Part shown: piece after piece, positions 1 to 14,209 of the stretch
How the letters are laid out: every line of letters starts with the position of its first letter
Position numbering within the stretch: the stretch's first letter is position 1
Assembly: GCA_036172245.1 (NCBI GenBank)
Contig: JAYWIR010000042.1
Coordinates: forward strand, 1,116,001-1,180,000
DNA: 64,000 bases
Reading direction: 5' to 3'
From: Raillietiella orientalis
Lineage: Eukaryota
Translations under genes and position numbers: made by a program
The notes under the pieces: model-generated
What the model was told of the DNA's origin: nothing
The model's input: the letters and a program-made list of their open reading frames with translations, nothing else
Databases searched by the model: none

Positions 1-3000
1 AAAACTTCGGAAAACAATCCACTGAGGCGTGTTCCCCCCAAATGGAACCTTTTCATTAAAATAGTGATTTATTAGAACAGTTTCCATACTATGCGGCCCG
101 TGACAAGGGCAACCAATAAATACGCTTATTGCTTCTGATGCAAACTAAACAGTACTTCGTACGGCTAAACACATGATTCTTAAGATTAAGCTGCTGATGG
201 ATGGACCCAATTTCTTTAAAAGTATTGATGAAAAATCGCTCTTCATCTTTGAGAGCTACCAGGTTCCTTCCTCCCTCCGCTTGAAAGATCCTGATGGGTT
301 GGTGCAGTCTACTGAATGCATTATCTTCAGGATGTTGCTAAGAAAGCAGAGTTGACAAAAGTTCCTATTACTGGCAATGGCAAACGCACTGAACACGGGA
401 AGCATAATAAAACATTATTTATATCACGTTCGTTAATACTGTCTGGAATTTTTGTTCACAAGTAGGAATTTGCAGAGTTGGAAACGAACTCTGGCTCTAA
501 AAGGATGATAAATGGGAGAGCATTCTATTCGTAGATAAGCGATGTTTGCTCGCAATGTGTACGCACGAATTTCGGTGAAAGCCTCAGAGCTGCAGAGCGC
601 TCGGATGCTCGAAGAAAGAACGATTTTCATTTACCGAGCCTCTGGGGATTCTCATCGACAAGAAACAGAGCAGGAAACCCTCTCCGGATGGTTCGGATGG
701 GCATCTCTGATGCATCGCCGCACCGCGCGTGCACGTGTACCTCTTTGCCTTTCCCATCTTAGCGTCCCCCTCCCCTCCCTTCCTTTCCCCCCCCCCCCCC
801 TGATACCTGGCAGCACGAGCTCGAGACCACGTGAACTTGGCAGCGCTCGTCGGGAACGCGAGTTTTCGCCCCTGCCGCCGGCACTGCTGCTATTGGGCGC
901 CACGGAGCGCCCAGGTGCTGCTGCTATCCGGGATGCTCAATAGAGGGCGACCGACGTACCACGGGTAGGTGCAGCACGACCGGCAACGACACGCGCAGCC
1001 GGCCCGAAGAATTCCTGGGACACAGGTTTGACCAGCCCCACGCGTTGACAGACGGGGAAGGGGAGAAGAAGGGCACGACGAGAACGCGCGCACGATCCTT
1101 CCCCGCAGCCGACTTTGTCGCCGGATTCGCCGCGCCGCACTGAGGCAGTCGCTCCGAGAGGCGGAGAGGGGAGGTGTCGCGGGCCGTTGTCACTCTGAAG
1201 GCGGCTGCGGTCGGATCTCCACGACAGCTTCCCTCCGAGAGCAATCCCGGAGCTGCTTGCGAGGAGGCCGGCTCGAGAGAGGACCGAGGGCACCTTCGGT
1301 AAGCCGTTTCCATCTCGCCCACCGCGCCGCCTCCGGAAGGCGGCTCACGCCCGCCAGACCGGGGAGCTCCCCTCGCCCCCTTTTTCCGACGAGGTGCAGC
1401 CGCGGCGCTCTCCTCCGGCCTAGGACGAAATCCGGATGTGCCCGAGGTGGTGACCCCAGCATCCGACTGAGAGAGCATGCCAGGGCCGAAGGATCCCGCG
1501 ATGCGGCCTTCGCAAAGCCGGGTCAGCGGTCTTCCCGGCTACTCCAGTAACCTCCCTAGAAGCGCCGACGAGCTCCAAGAGACAGAGATGCACGTTCCAC
1601 CGAGAGACCACGAGGATTCGAGCGCATTTCGTTTCGAGGACCGACGTCCTCGGAACCTCTTCGAAGTCCACCCCTCTCCGGGAACTGCATCGACTTCCCT
1701 CCTGGCGAGCTTTCGGAACACCCTCATCTCTCTCGACCGGCGCGTTCCGTAATGGCGTTCCGTCTTCACCCCAGCAGAGGACTCGAGATCTGATTGGCTC
1801 TTCCACATCGGAACCTGGTCGCGTCAACCGAACGGCTTCTGGTTCGGCACTCCTTCCTTCCTTGTCCCTCGCCGAAGCACTTCTTGGAACGCACTCCGAC
1901 CGGAAGAGCCGGGAGCAGGGTGTTCGGCCCGCCCGCCCACTTGCCTTCCTCTTGCCAGAGCTCCTCGTTCGGAGGACTCATTGAAAATCTACCGAGGCAC
2001 CTCCTCCACAGTGCATTTCCCACGGGAACTTGCGGCGGAGCGGTGGCAGTAGCCTCAAGGCCTCAAAGACAAAAGGAGAACAGCGCGGCGGGAACAAGAC
2101 CGCGCCCTTCCTCCTCTTCTCTCGCGGCGCTGAGCACCTCGCGTGCTGAAACGGCACGCGTACCAACCTTGCTCGACACGGGTGCCAGCGCTCGCTGGTG
2201 TCGCGGCCTCTGCTCACGTGGCTGGACGGAGCGAGGGGAATAGCTGCAGGCATCGACGGGACGGGGTGTTCGCACGGAGCAAAAGCGCAGAACCCGTGCC
2301 GGCACGGCTGCTGCCCTCACTCTCTGGGAGAAGACACCTCTGCTCAGCGAAGGACGGCGACGCTCGAGCGACTGCCCGCGACTTGGGCGGCCGGCCACGC
2401 CAGCGTCCCCCGAGGGCTCCTGTTTCGCGGCACCCACTGCCCTCTCTCCCTCCGCTTCTTTTCGAAAACTCCCGAAAGGCGTCCAGGAAGAAGTCTTTAG
2501 GGAAAGAAGCGCTGCGCGAAAGAATAACAGCCAGTACATCCATTACTGCTGCGCTGCTTTAATGGCCATCTGCTTTAATACCCGGGAAAACAAAAACGCG
2601 TCCGTAATTGCAAAGAGGACTTCAAGATGTTAATGGAAGGACGCAACTTGGAGGCTGAAGACATCGGCGCTCCCTCTTGCGAGAAAGCAGGTAGGAGGGA
2701 CGAAAAAAAAAAAAAAAGCAAAAAAAAAAAAAAGAATCATCTCCGAAAGAAGTGATTTGGATGAACTTCGTTGAGAGCAGCTTTTTCCCAGGAAACTGGA
2801 TACCGGATCAGCAGTCGCAGCGGCTCCTTTTCCCTTTTTCCTTAGGTGGCAAGCGATCCTTCTACAAGACGAAACAAAAGGCCTAGGAAAGTTCCTGAAA
2901 ATGCTGGGAGTGTCCTGGAAGAAGGGCGAGCCCAATGAAATACAACAGGAATACGTCAAAGGTGATAAAAGGATTAGCGCATCAGAACGAGTCGAAGCGC

Positions 3001-6000
3001 GTTTGGTTCCCGGCTGCTGAAGGATCGGGTGGAGCCAAAGAACTGCTTTCAGCTGCACCGCCACGTGGGTTTTCGCTTCGAAATAATCAATAAAATTGTT
3101 TTCTGCCTGACCAAACGCGAGAAATGAATTGCAGGAGATAAATGCATCTGCAAGCAGCAACACTGAAAAATGGGAAGCAAAGTGAAACCTTCAGATGCTG
3201 TTAATCTTAAAGCAGAACTCGAAGAACGCAATGATTTAAATCTTCTCCTAAAGCACCGTTCCTGAACGTTTTCAGCAGAAGAGAATTAGCATCTCTCCTT
3301 GCTCATTCACACTTGGATATTCTCCCCTTTCATTAGCTCGAGCTGCTGCATTATGCTCTGGGTAAATTTAATGCTCGCATCTGAAGATGGGAACTGAGAT
3401 GCTTTTTCTCAACGTTGCTCGAGGATGCGCGCTCGCTCTTTGCAGCCGAATTCTCCTTCACATTTTTCACACATGCCTGGAGTGGAAGGATGGCTGAGAA
3501 AATCTTTAGTTGTCAACGAAAAGAGACGGGAAATTCGCTTCCTCTCGCTGCACAGGGCTACTTTCACTACTGTTCATAAATAAATAAATAAACGCGATTT
3601 TTTTTCTACTTGCTCTTCCTGTCCGGACTCGTTCGGCCTTTTTTTTTTTTTTTCTGCTAAGGTAAAACACATCAAAGTGTCGATGTGCAAATAAATCTCT
3701 GTGTGTTCTGGCAGGCGTGAATTCGGGGGAAGAACAAACTCACTTTTCATGGAATGTCGTCGGGAAGATCCCGGAGGGAAGAGAGTTCGGACGAAGAGGA
3801 GGGAGTCGCGGGTCGTTTTCCGACGTCAGTTCGGATGGAGCATCCGGAGATTTGCATCCTGCGGCGCGGAGCATCGAAGGCATCTCATCCGACATGTGCT
3901 GGCGGCAACGCGGAGGCAAAACAAGGCCGCATGCCTTCGAGCTGACTTTTTGTGTGTGTGTGTGTTTTGTTTTACGGCGTCGTTCCCCCCCGTATGTCGT
4001 CGTTACCCGGTGACCCGTCTGCACTTCTCTCAGGGGTCAAGCTGCCACGTTCCTGGTGATTCTCGGCTGCGCCTCCAGCTGGCCGCTCGGGGTTTGCGTT
4101 CCGAGAGGGTTCGCCGGAGCTTCGCTCGCTGAGGAGACGGGGCGCCGAGCCACTTGGCGGTTACACGCTGGAGCCGTAAGGCCGATAGGCCGGGCCGGTG
4201 GGGAGCACTCCGGGGCCGACCAGGGCCCTCCCGTCGAGTGACGATCCGCCGGAGGAGAGGGGAAGGTAGTCGTGTTTTCATCTGGTTGCTTCCGCTTTGC
4301 TGGGACCGCGCTTTGTTCCCGTTAATGAAGCCGGGGGGATTCGAACCTTGCGCCACGGAGAACGCGGACACGTGCCCCTCCCTCCTTCGTCGTGGGTGTC
4401 CTGCGACTCTGCTCCACTCTCGCTAGCTTCCCCCGTTCCTTCTCCATCGGGCACAGGGAAAAAGGAGAGTGAAATAGGAACGGGGTGGGTCGGAACAGGA
4501 AGAGGGTTCCATGAGGCAGGATGCGACGGACGGCGGCGGCGGAACGAGCAGTTTCGTCCTCGTCGCCGCGGTCGCAACGGATGGGAAAAGGGAAAGAGAA
4601 GGTGGAGTATGGGGATGTTCCTTCCCCCCAGATTGACGTCCGGGAAACCGAGCCACTTTCACTTGACGAGGAGGACGACAACAAAGATCTTCTTTCCAGA
4701 GCAGCGGGATTCGTAGGGAAAAGGAAGACCGGGAGGAGGAGGAGGAGCCCCGCAGTACGGAAGACGGGAGTTGCAGCAAGATTCCCTCTTCTCGCAGCCG
4801 TCGTTCCCGCCTCGGGTCTTCGATTTTGCAAGGCTTGGGAAGGGAGCATGGAGTGGCAAGAGGGAGGAAGGGGAGAAGATCGCGTCTGGTGGGGACTCGG
4901 AGAGGACTCCCCGCCGCTGCTGCCCACATCCCTCCTTCAGGGGGCGGTATGCGCGTCGGGATGTCTGCCAGCGGTCTCCTCCTCCTCCCTGAGAATTTCC
5001 CAGCCCGGCTCGAGCGGACGAGAGAGAGAACCCAGCTGGGGGAGACAGGAGAGCGGCGGAATGGAACGGTGGCAGCCGCCGCCCGTCCGCGGGAGGAGAG
5101 TTCGAAAGTGGGGAAGCAAGGAAGAAGGAGCATGATCGTCCACGCACGACGGGGATGAGGGGACGTGAAGTCGGTAGGCGAGAGGGAAGCACAATGGCCG
5201 GCTGCTGCTGCTGCTGCTTCTAGGCTCGGCTAGCAGACATCGCCGGCCACCCGCTCCACCGCCGGTGCGGATCCTGTCCATTCGAGTCACCCTTGGCTCC
5301 TGGCATCATGAGAGCACCTTTAAGGTGGGTCCTTAAGGCGAGGACGAGATCAGAATTCTCGGAAACGGAGAGCAAAGGGCCCGAACGTCGTTGACCGAGC
5401 TCTGACTCTTTCCTCTCCCGCCTCGACGTCCCTTTCTCCATGTCGGGGGGCCGGAAACTTTGCCAGGCGGCTTCCTGCAGCGTCTGCTGGCCACGACAGA
5501 CCTCTCGGGATGGAAGAGGGGCTTCCAGCGCCCCACCGAGGCTTTGCCCGTTGGTTCGTGGCCGTCTTATTCTGCTCCCCAGCAGTGCCTCCCTCTTCTG
5601 GCAGCTCCCGCCCCCAAATCCTTTCCCTGGATGCCCTCTGCTTTTGCTTTCTCTTCAGCTGCTCTCCTCCCCTCTCCCCCATCAATTCTGATGGCACCGC
5701 GTACCTGCTCTTATCCTGGGGAACGGCAGCCGAGTCAGCAGTTCTGGGACTTCCATCCCGCCCGCTCCCTTCCTGCGGAGTGACACGGCGTCGGCTCCGC
5801 AACCATCCCCTTCCGAGACCGCCTAGTTTAGGCACAGGCGTAAACTAGGCGCTCTCAGAAGCTGCCTTTGCAGTTCCAGGCCTTCTTCCAAAGTCCGGTC
5901 TCTGACTTTCCCTCCGGCGTAGAAAGACAAGGCTGACCACGGCCGGATCTAGCGGGAACCGACTCTGCGGACTCAACTCTGGCATCCTTCCAATCTCGAC

Positions 6001-6779
6001 TGCACCCTTCTTGCTCTTCGGAATTCCGAGGCTCTCCGAAAATTTCTCCTCCTCTGCCCCTTTCCCTCGGGAAATATTTCTGTCTCTCTTGTCGTTCCGA
6101 ACCCGCACTGGCATGTCCTCATTAGTTCCTCCTCCTCACGGAAGGGTTGACCGGCAGAAGCGTTAGCCGGGAAAGAAACTCCCTGGAAACTGAGAATTCG
6201 TCCTCTTCCTCTGCTCAATTAGCTCTCGGTGGTCTCTTTGCCCACGAGATGCTCGGAACGCCTGCAGGGCACGTTCGGACACCCACGGTCGCGCCGAATG
6301 CCTGGAGGATTCTCGAGGTTTCGAGCTCTCGGTGTGGCAAGCGGCAACACCGAGGCGAATTCCCAAGCAACGCGTCCGGGAAGCATCAGGAAACGTCTGG
6401 TACCTTGAGATTCGCCCGAAGGCCAAGCTGCATCTCCATCCGACGGGCTCTCGACGATCTCCTCTCCGTTTCCGCCTTCCTCGATGCCCTGCCCTTCTAA
6501 TGATCTGTTTGGGGAATCGACTTGCTACAAGACAAAAGCTCTACAGTTGGGCCGTCGTAACCCAGCAGTCTACCGAAGGGGAAGAGCACATCTGAGCGTG
6601 CGTGTTCCACCAGAATGCAGCTGCTTCGGATAAACAGAACTCATTCTATCCCAACCTCATCTTCCTGCGTCTTCGTTGTGCTCGCCTTTGACGTACAACT
6701 AACTCACTGAGGTGATGGCATCCGGCGGATAAAAATATTCCTCATCTAAGACCAATAAGATGGACAGACAGAGAGAATC

Positions 6780-7110
6780 ATCGATGCTGGGTCACGAGCA
6801 ACCAGAGTGCAACCGGAATGCTCTCACGGTGTGAAGGAACATCCATAAAGGAAGCCTGCCAGAGGGTCACTACAGGATAGCGGTGACCCTTGGGGTGGTC
6901 TGGGTCCCCACTTTTCTCGGTTCCTCGAGACTCGGGGATAGGATGAAAGCTGGTGCAAAACGCGAGGAAGCAGGCTGCAAGGACAGCGAAGAAAATTTTC
7001 CCTCTGCGCCCGAGTCCCCTGGTCCAAAAATGATGCTGGGTTCTTGCCGAAGGGCCTGGATGGAGTCGACAGTACACCTCACTTCCTCGTTGCCGTGCAA
7101 GCGCCTCCTC
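6780..7110 (-). mobile_element. Decayed L1/Tx1-like RT-thumb fragment
   Basis: WTRGLGRRGKIFFAVLAACFLAF resembles WxxRxLSxxG[RK]; homologous to 44600-44720 and ~52620. Confidence 0.5.
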
Positions 7111-8399
7111 TCCGAACCCTGAGGCTCCCCGTCTTCTTCCTGGACCTGGCCGTCGCGGCACTGCTGCCGTCAGAAATCGGGAGAGGCCTTCACGAGTGGC
7201 ATCCGCGCCTCTGCCCTCCCTCTCCCACGGTGTGCATCTTTGCCTCAGGCGCCTCTCAAAACGTCATCAAGTCCGAAGATTTCTCTTGTTTGTCGGGTGA
7301 GGCAGGGGGGAATGGTGACAGCGAAGACGCTGGTGCCGATGGCAACTATGCGGAGGAGAAGGAAGGAAGGAAGGGTGTGAGGTGGGGGGGGAAGGGGAGA
7401 GAATCCCTCTTTTCTTAAGGTGGAATCCACATCAGGATCGTTTGTCTTCTCCTCCTGGTGGGGCCAAATGCACCGATGGCAGCAGTCTTGTTGCATTTGT
7501 TGATCCTCCCCAAGTCCTCCCTTTATTCCCAAGCTTGGGCTCCCTATGGGCCCATCCTTCCAAGTAGCTATCTGATAGACATCAAGGACATATTGATAAG
7601 TGGTGCTGCTTCCTAGACGAAGAGCAGTCTCGGCACGTGGATGGCCCCATGCCCCCTCGCCTTTACGACCGAGGGCGAGGCCGAAAGTCGCTTCTCCCAG
7701 GACGCCCTCAGGCGTGCCCTTGCGACGAGCGGCTGCAGGGAATATCACAATAGCTTCCGGCTTTGTTGCGGCGCTCACTGGACGCGTCTCCTCGGCATCT
7801 CGTGTCCATCCCCGAAGTGCGTGACCACATCTGAGACGCTGCCCCTCGTGGAAAGGAGTCAGCGAACAAGGATTCTTATCCAGGGAAAGAGGGTATGAGC
7901 TGACGCGACCTGAGGCTCAAGGAGACCTGGGATGAAAGAGTACCGGTCTCTTTTGATGTTTCCCCGTGACCTTGGAAAATTTGCGTACAGATTAGAACCG
8001 TTCGGAGTGGGCGTCCTCCCGCGACGGCTGGTGACTTCTCACGAGTTTCCTCATTCCGCGCCTTTTTCGGCTTTCTTCTTTTGCCTTGGGCAACAAGAAA
8101 AAAAGACCAACTGTGACCGTCCTGCGGTGTAGCCACGGGGGAAGTGGAGGTTCCTGAAACTCTCTTTCCTTCTTCTTCCGCTCCAGAGCGTTGTCCCCAG
8201 GAACGCACTTGATCCGACGAAGATCTGCTCTTCCTTTCCGAACAGATTCAGGCAGATCCCGCGTAGTTTCGGCCTCCTCTGCTCTTTTGAGGAGGCTCCT
8301 CCCTGCTCAGTTCGTGACTCTTCATGTGACTTTCGAGATCAAACGGCAAAACCTTACGGGTTACCACGAATCGAATGGACTCTGCTGTATCTCTGTGTC

Positions 8400-9150
8400 G
8401 GATCCCACCCTTTGTTCTCTTCGTCTAGCGATCGATCGGATGACCCGAGAAGCCATTCCGAACTCTCTCGAGTGTGGGTTCATTTCGGAAGAGCTGCATG
8501 CGGGAATGAGGCATACAGAGGGCACTGGAAGAGGTGTACGTTCCCTCTTTCGAATTCTTCGGCCTTCCGGAGATGGAGAGAATGGAGCGTGAAGCTCCGA
8601 TTTCGAAGAGCGACCAATGGACGGCATCCTGGTGCCTCCCTGCGCGCCAGATTCGGTAAATGGACCTTCTGTCTCTGTGAAAGGAAACGTCTGGATCTCC
8701 CGTCTTCCGACGGACTGTAAAGCTTGGCTGCAGGGACCAGTCCGAATGGGACCGGAGCAATCCGCGTGCCTGCGGTTCTCCGATTGCGGCCATCGCTCGC
8801 GGAGGTCCCACCAGCAAGAGCACGTGGACAGGGAGCACCTCATTTGCCGGAGCGCCGCCTTCTTTGGGAGAGACGAGGGACAGCTACCTTCCGGAAAGGC
8901 GGGAATCCGCCTACAGCGCTGCGGGACCAGAGAAACCTCTTGGTGAGTGGTCCGGCCGATACGCCGCAGCCCCGAGTTCATCCCATCCAGAGGACTGATT
9001 GCTTAGCCGGGAGGAGCTCCTGAAGATTCCCACGGAAGATCTCGCTCTGCTGCCTGCGGCATTTACGGACAATCCCACCCTTCCCCTCGTGCGACAGAAG
9101 CCAGTGCTGCTCAGTGGACCAGGAGAAGCGTGGTCCAGGGCTGCCTCCGA
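8400..9150 (-). mobile_element. Decayed L1/Tx1-like RT fragment
   Basis: EAALDH..LSSTGF (AFDxVDH..L...GF-like) near 9140 and ILSISGR near 8580, in the expected order. Confidence 0.4.
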
Positions 9151-12100
9151 GTGGAGACATCAAAGACTGGGACTTGAATCTTCCGAGGCGTCAACAGGCC
9201 TTCGGGGCGCTTTCAGTGAGTTATGCGGCAGCGCATCCCTTTCCGGGTTTTCCTTCCCACAAAGATCATCCTCTTCCTGTCTCAAAGCATCGTCTCGAGG
9301 AAGACCTTCATCTGGCGGAGGCAGGAGATGCCTTTCCGCATCTATTGGTTCAAGTAGCAAAAGAAAATCAGATACTCTGCTATTCTGCTATTCTGCTCTT
9401 GCTTAAGGACATGCGTGTACCATTCCTGTCAAACCTCAGAGAGGATGGTAGGTCGTTTAGTTTGACAATAAAGTGCTGCCCTCTGAGGTGCGAAACCGAG
9501 ATCAATTTCCGACTGTCGTCTCCGGGGTGTTGGCAGGCATGGCAGCGGAAGGCGCTCCCGGAGTCCATCGACTCCGCGTTCCGCAGTGCGGAAGGAAGGA
9601 GCGCTCGCCGTGATCAGCGTCCTGCGACTCCCGGGTCGAGGATGGGTCGCCTCCAGCCTCCAGGTGCCCCGTCAGCTTCACGCCTGCCTCGAGCCAGATT
9701 GCTTTCTCAGCGCCGGAGAAGGCCGTAAAGCGCCGCCTGGTGAAATCGGTGGAGCGGGAGCCGCCGGATCGGTCCACGACGTGGATGGACGCAAAAACTG
9801 GCAGTTGCGTCGCGGCACCAAGCGCCGGTGCAAAGAGACCCGTTCGTGGATTCCTGAAACTCGACTCAATTTCGGCGCGCACCGCCGTCGTGGAGCGACT
9901 TCCTGCCGTTAAAGTGGGGAGGAAGTTTCTCCCGGAGGCACTCGAGGGGCAGACGCTCGTGGTCAGCGGTCGGAGTCTTCGCGGCTCCTTCTGGCTGCTC
10001 ACGGAGAATGCGGGCGGACGGAGCTGCTCGGACGAGAGGACTACACTCGACCGGGGAAAGAACGAGAGGCTCAGGGAAGCTACCGGGAAGAAGGGTCAAG
10101 TTGGAACTTCAGGTGGAGTCGAGGAGCCACCTCCGAGCTCAACGTGGGCGTCAGGAGCCTGCCGAGAAGACAAGAGAGGAGGGGAAGGGGAGGGAGAGAG
10201 GAAGCTGAACAGGCTCCCCCGAGGGAAGAGAACCGAAAGAGCCACGTCCGGCTGCCCTACGGCGGCCTGTGCGTGGCGCCCCCCTCCCCTCCTCCGATGC
10301 CGATTTCTCGGCCTGCCCTTAACGCCTCCACGGGGCGGGATGGAGTGCTCCGCGGCTCCTGGCGGGCGAGAGAGCGCGGAAGGAAAGCGTCAGGCGGAGG
10401 AGCAGGCCGCACGAGGAGGAGCTGGTGCCCACGCACCATTTCCTCCCGCTTCTCCTGCAACCCTCATCCGATCGGCAAAAGACGTGTGAGGGGGATCGCG
10501 CGCGCTTAGACCGCGAGGCGTCGGCGGGGACAGCGCATGCGCCAGCTCGCGTCCGCGCTCTCCTCCTCTCCTTGTCCGCCCTCGTCGCTCGCCTGTCGTG
10601 TCGAGAGTCTTCTTCCGGACGGAGGGCTCGTTCTTTGCTCCTTGCCAGCAGACCTTCGCGCTCCTGGAACGCCCCGCCAGGAGAAACCGCTTCGTCACGC
10701 CCGCCATCGTCCCCGGAACGCCCGAAGGTAAGCCTGGGGATGCTTGCTCCAGCCGAGGAGAGGGCATGGAGTGGGATAGGGGATTTGAGAGCGGGAGGAG
10801 GGGTCCTTCGGTGGCTTCCACCCTGCTTGCGGCCCCATTCCGGTTCCATCACCTCCGAGGAAGGTCGCGTCTTCGCCCTGTCCCTTCCTCTGCCGGCCTG
10901 CATTTCCTGTTAGGTGCCCTTCGCCTCCCCGCCCCATTCCTTCACGGCACTCGGACAGCGGCACGGGACCGCTTCCGCGCCTTCCAGGCGGCAGCCACGC
11001 TCGTGGCTCTTTCGTCAGGCAGCCGGCGCTCCAAGTGGAGAAAAAGGGTGAGGGAGAAAGGGGGGGGGGGTATGGCATTTGTCCACCTCACCTGGCGAGC
11101 GAGGGGAGCAGCTCGACTTGCAGGCGCCGCGATAGGACTTCCCGCCGGTTCCCGAAAGGGTAGAACGACAGGGGTTTCCGTCAGGAATAGCTGCTTCTCC
11201 GGCTGATGTTCTCGAACGGATGACGTCACGGAGAGACCCGGAGTCGTCCCTCGAAGGCTGCTTCGGAGGCTGCAGTCGTGCGACGAACTCACCCCAGATC
11301 CCAACGGTCCTTCTCCCTCGTCCTGCTCTTCAGTCCAGACTTCGCCAACTGCTGGGGTTTCTCGGAGAGGCCCGTCAGGATCGATCCGCCGTGCCCAGAT
11401 CACTTTTCCTCCCGATTCGGTTCCCATCCCTTCCACCGAGGGAAATTTTAGCGGAGGGAAGGATGATGAGCTCTCCGGGTCGGCTTGCCGCCCTCCCCGC
11501 GCGAGACCGGTGAGTTCTCCCGGGAGGACCGGGGAGCGTCCTTCCCTGTGGCTCTTGCGTCGCCCAGCTGGCTGTGTCGTCCGGTGACCGTGCGCGCGTG
11601 GCCTGCACGTCGCCGCGGAGACCACCGTTGGCAGGCGTTCCACTCCACAGCTCTCACCGCCGACGCAGAGTGAACTTTCGTGGCCAAGGTTGTCTCCCAC
11701 GTGGCGTCCACACTTTAAAGACCTCCATGGGGGAACCACTCTGTCGCAGCGGGCTGCACGCTCGTTTCAGGAAATGTGCTTCGAGTCTCCATTTTTTAGA
11801 AGCAGCGGATGCAGATGGCTCAACAGCGGTCTTCTTTCTTTTTCCTTTTCTTACGTAATTGCATCGGTCCACCAATCAGGCGGGTTCATCTTGCTCCGAC
11901 TGTCGGTTGTGGGGATGGGCTCAAAGGGAAACGAATGAAGGAGATATAGAAACTTTTATGGAACAAAATTCACATCCATAAAACATGAAATGAAGCATCA
12001 GTGCAGGGGAAGGGCACTTCATATGGAACCTTGGGTTTTTTTTTTTTTTTTTTTTCCTCTCTCAATTCGACAAAGCTTTCAGGTTTATTAAATTTCGCTA

Positions 12101-12533
12101 TTCAGATTCGTTTTTCGTCAAGTAAGTGGAAGCATCTGTACCTGGATACGGCAAGAAAGCAAAGTTCACGCAAAAGGGAAATAAATAAATAAGAATAACT
12201 TGCCCTTTATTACATAGGTTTGCGACATTATGGATCCTTCCCCCGTAAGGCCCACGAGAGGAAGGTCGACTTTCGTCGGTGGGGTCGCCCGCGCGCCCTT
12301 GTGGCTGGTCCGAACGGCGGCGCCCCGACGGGAGTTCCGCTAGGCGTTGGCGACCTCGTGCGCGCGTCTTCCTAGCAGCGGGACGAGGGCCGTGGGAATC
12401 GAATGCGAGGATGGTTGCTAAGGTTTCCCTTCGTTTGGGAGCAGGGAGCGCGCTCTTCCCGCTACTTTTACTTTGTGCAGCGGTCCTTTGTGAGCAGAAC
12501 GGCTCGCATCTTTCACACCTTTTTAAAGCACTT

Positions 12534-12566
<33 letters not shown>

Positions 12567-12568
12567 GT
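12534..12568. repeat. (TG)n microsatellite
   Basis: tgtgtg... with two ta interruptions. Confidence 0.9.
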
Positions 12569-14209
12569 AAAAGCATCTTTTCTTTTCCATTTTTTCTTTC
12601 TCCTTTGTTTGTCCTGCAGGAACGGAGGCTTTATAAACTTGAGTTAGCGGAAGTGAAGTCTTAAGTGAATCGTCGGCTTGTAAATCAATTAACCCGAGCC
12701 GAGAAATTAGCAGGAGCCATCTCTGGCTGCACGGAGAGGGGAGCGGAAAATAATTACAGTTTCATCTTAATTTCATTAAACACTCCGAGCCCGCTTTTCA
12801 ATTCTTTAAGCTTTGGCAAGTTCTCCCACACTGCACACACGGGATGGACGCCCCATTCATCGATTGTCGTCTGGGGGTACGCTCCCGTTTGTGTGTGTGT
12901 GTGTGGGGGGGGGGGGGAGTTGGTTTGAAGATGCAGCCGACTCTTCCTTGAAGGGCAGTGGCAGTAGGGCCTCAGGAACGAGCTGCCCGCTGCGCGCGAT
13001 CCCGAGATCTATTCAGCTCCGCTAAACGGGCAAGGATACCCCACGAGGGATGCGGGATCGAGGCGCCTATCTCTCTCTTCCCATCCTGGAGCGCCTTCCC
13101 GACCCACAAACGGTTTGGTCCCCTCCCCGCGCGCGCTGCAGGGTACGCTCTTACTATTCTTCTTCGCTGGGCTGCCCCTCTACGGGAGGAGGAACAGCCC
13201 GCGTTCCCACGACCTTCCCCCGGCCTGTCTCGGCCCTGCGGTCACACGGCGGGTCCTCGCGTGCGCGCTCCCCTCGCGTACCCGAGCCGAGCCTTAGGCC
13301 TCATGCCGCCTCTCCGCTCCCCGTGGATGAACCCTTCCTTCTCCTCCCCGCGGCGGAAGTGAAATTCTGTCGGAAAGGATCCTCGAAAACGTCCCGCTCC
13401 TCCTCCCCTCTCCCTCCGCTTCCTCCAATGGAAAGGCCGGCATCTGAGCTGCGTTTGAGACGCCCGCCGTGCCACCTTGACGTGTGGCCAGGGTGAAGGG
13501 TTTCGCGCGCGCGTCCCGCATCACGCGCGGAACACAGAAGCAGAGATCAAGTCAGTCTCCGTCCCCCTGGCACTCCTGGGGACGCCGCGCGCGACGAACC
13601 GGGAGCATCCGCTCCCCTGTCCCTCCCGGGCGCAGTCCGACGCTCCGGCGATCCTCGCCCGCGGAGCTGCGCTCTGCTGCATGCCATCGTCGCCTCCTCT
13701 CCTGCCCGGCCGGTCGCGGGCCCGTTGCCGCCGCAGTCCAGGAGCTCCGCTTCCCGCGAGGCGCTCGTCCCCCACCCTTCGTTGGCTCTTCGCGGCGCCA
13801 ACGGGTTTGCGGAGGGGCCGACGAACAACGTCCTCCCTGCCACCGCTTTCCGATGATCCCGGCTGCTTTCGACGCACTCCTCCTCCCGCCCGCGTAAACG
13901 TGGCGGGCCGCGCTGATTGGAATTCCGAAAGGGGAGGGTCGCCGAACCTTTCGGCTGCACCGGCTTCCTCCCGGAAAGTTCGCGTCCTTGCGACGCAGGA
14001 GGAGCTCTTCCTCGCTGGGGAAAGGGAGAGGGAAAGGGGGGGCGGAAGCGATTCGCATGATGGCGCGCGGAGGATACGCGAGGCTCGATCCCCGCCTTGG
14101 AGGATGCCGGACGTTTTGGCCCACGCGCCTGGCAACGGTCCGGAAAACCCTGGGACTACCTCCGAAAGCTCTCGCGCGCATATCGACCTTTCACTTCCGG
14201 TAATCGTCG

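Noticed and set aside
1540..2030. Possible LINE endonuclease-RT linker fragment on the minus strand
   Set aside because: Similarity limited to scattered Trp residues; too weak to call
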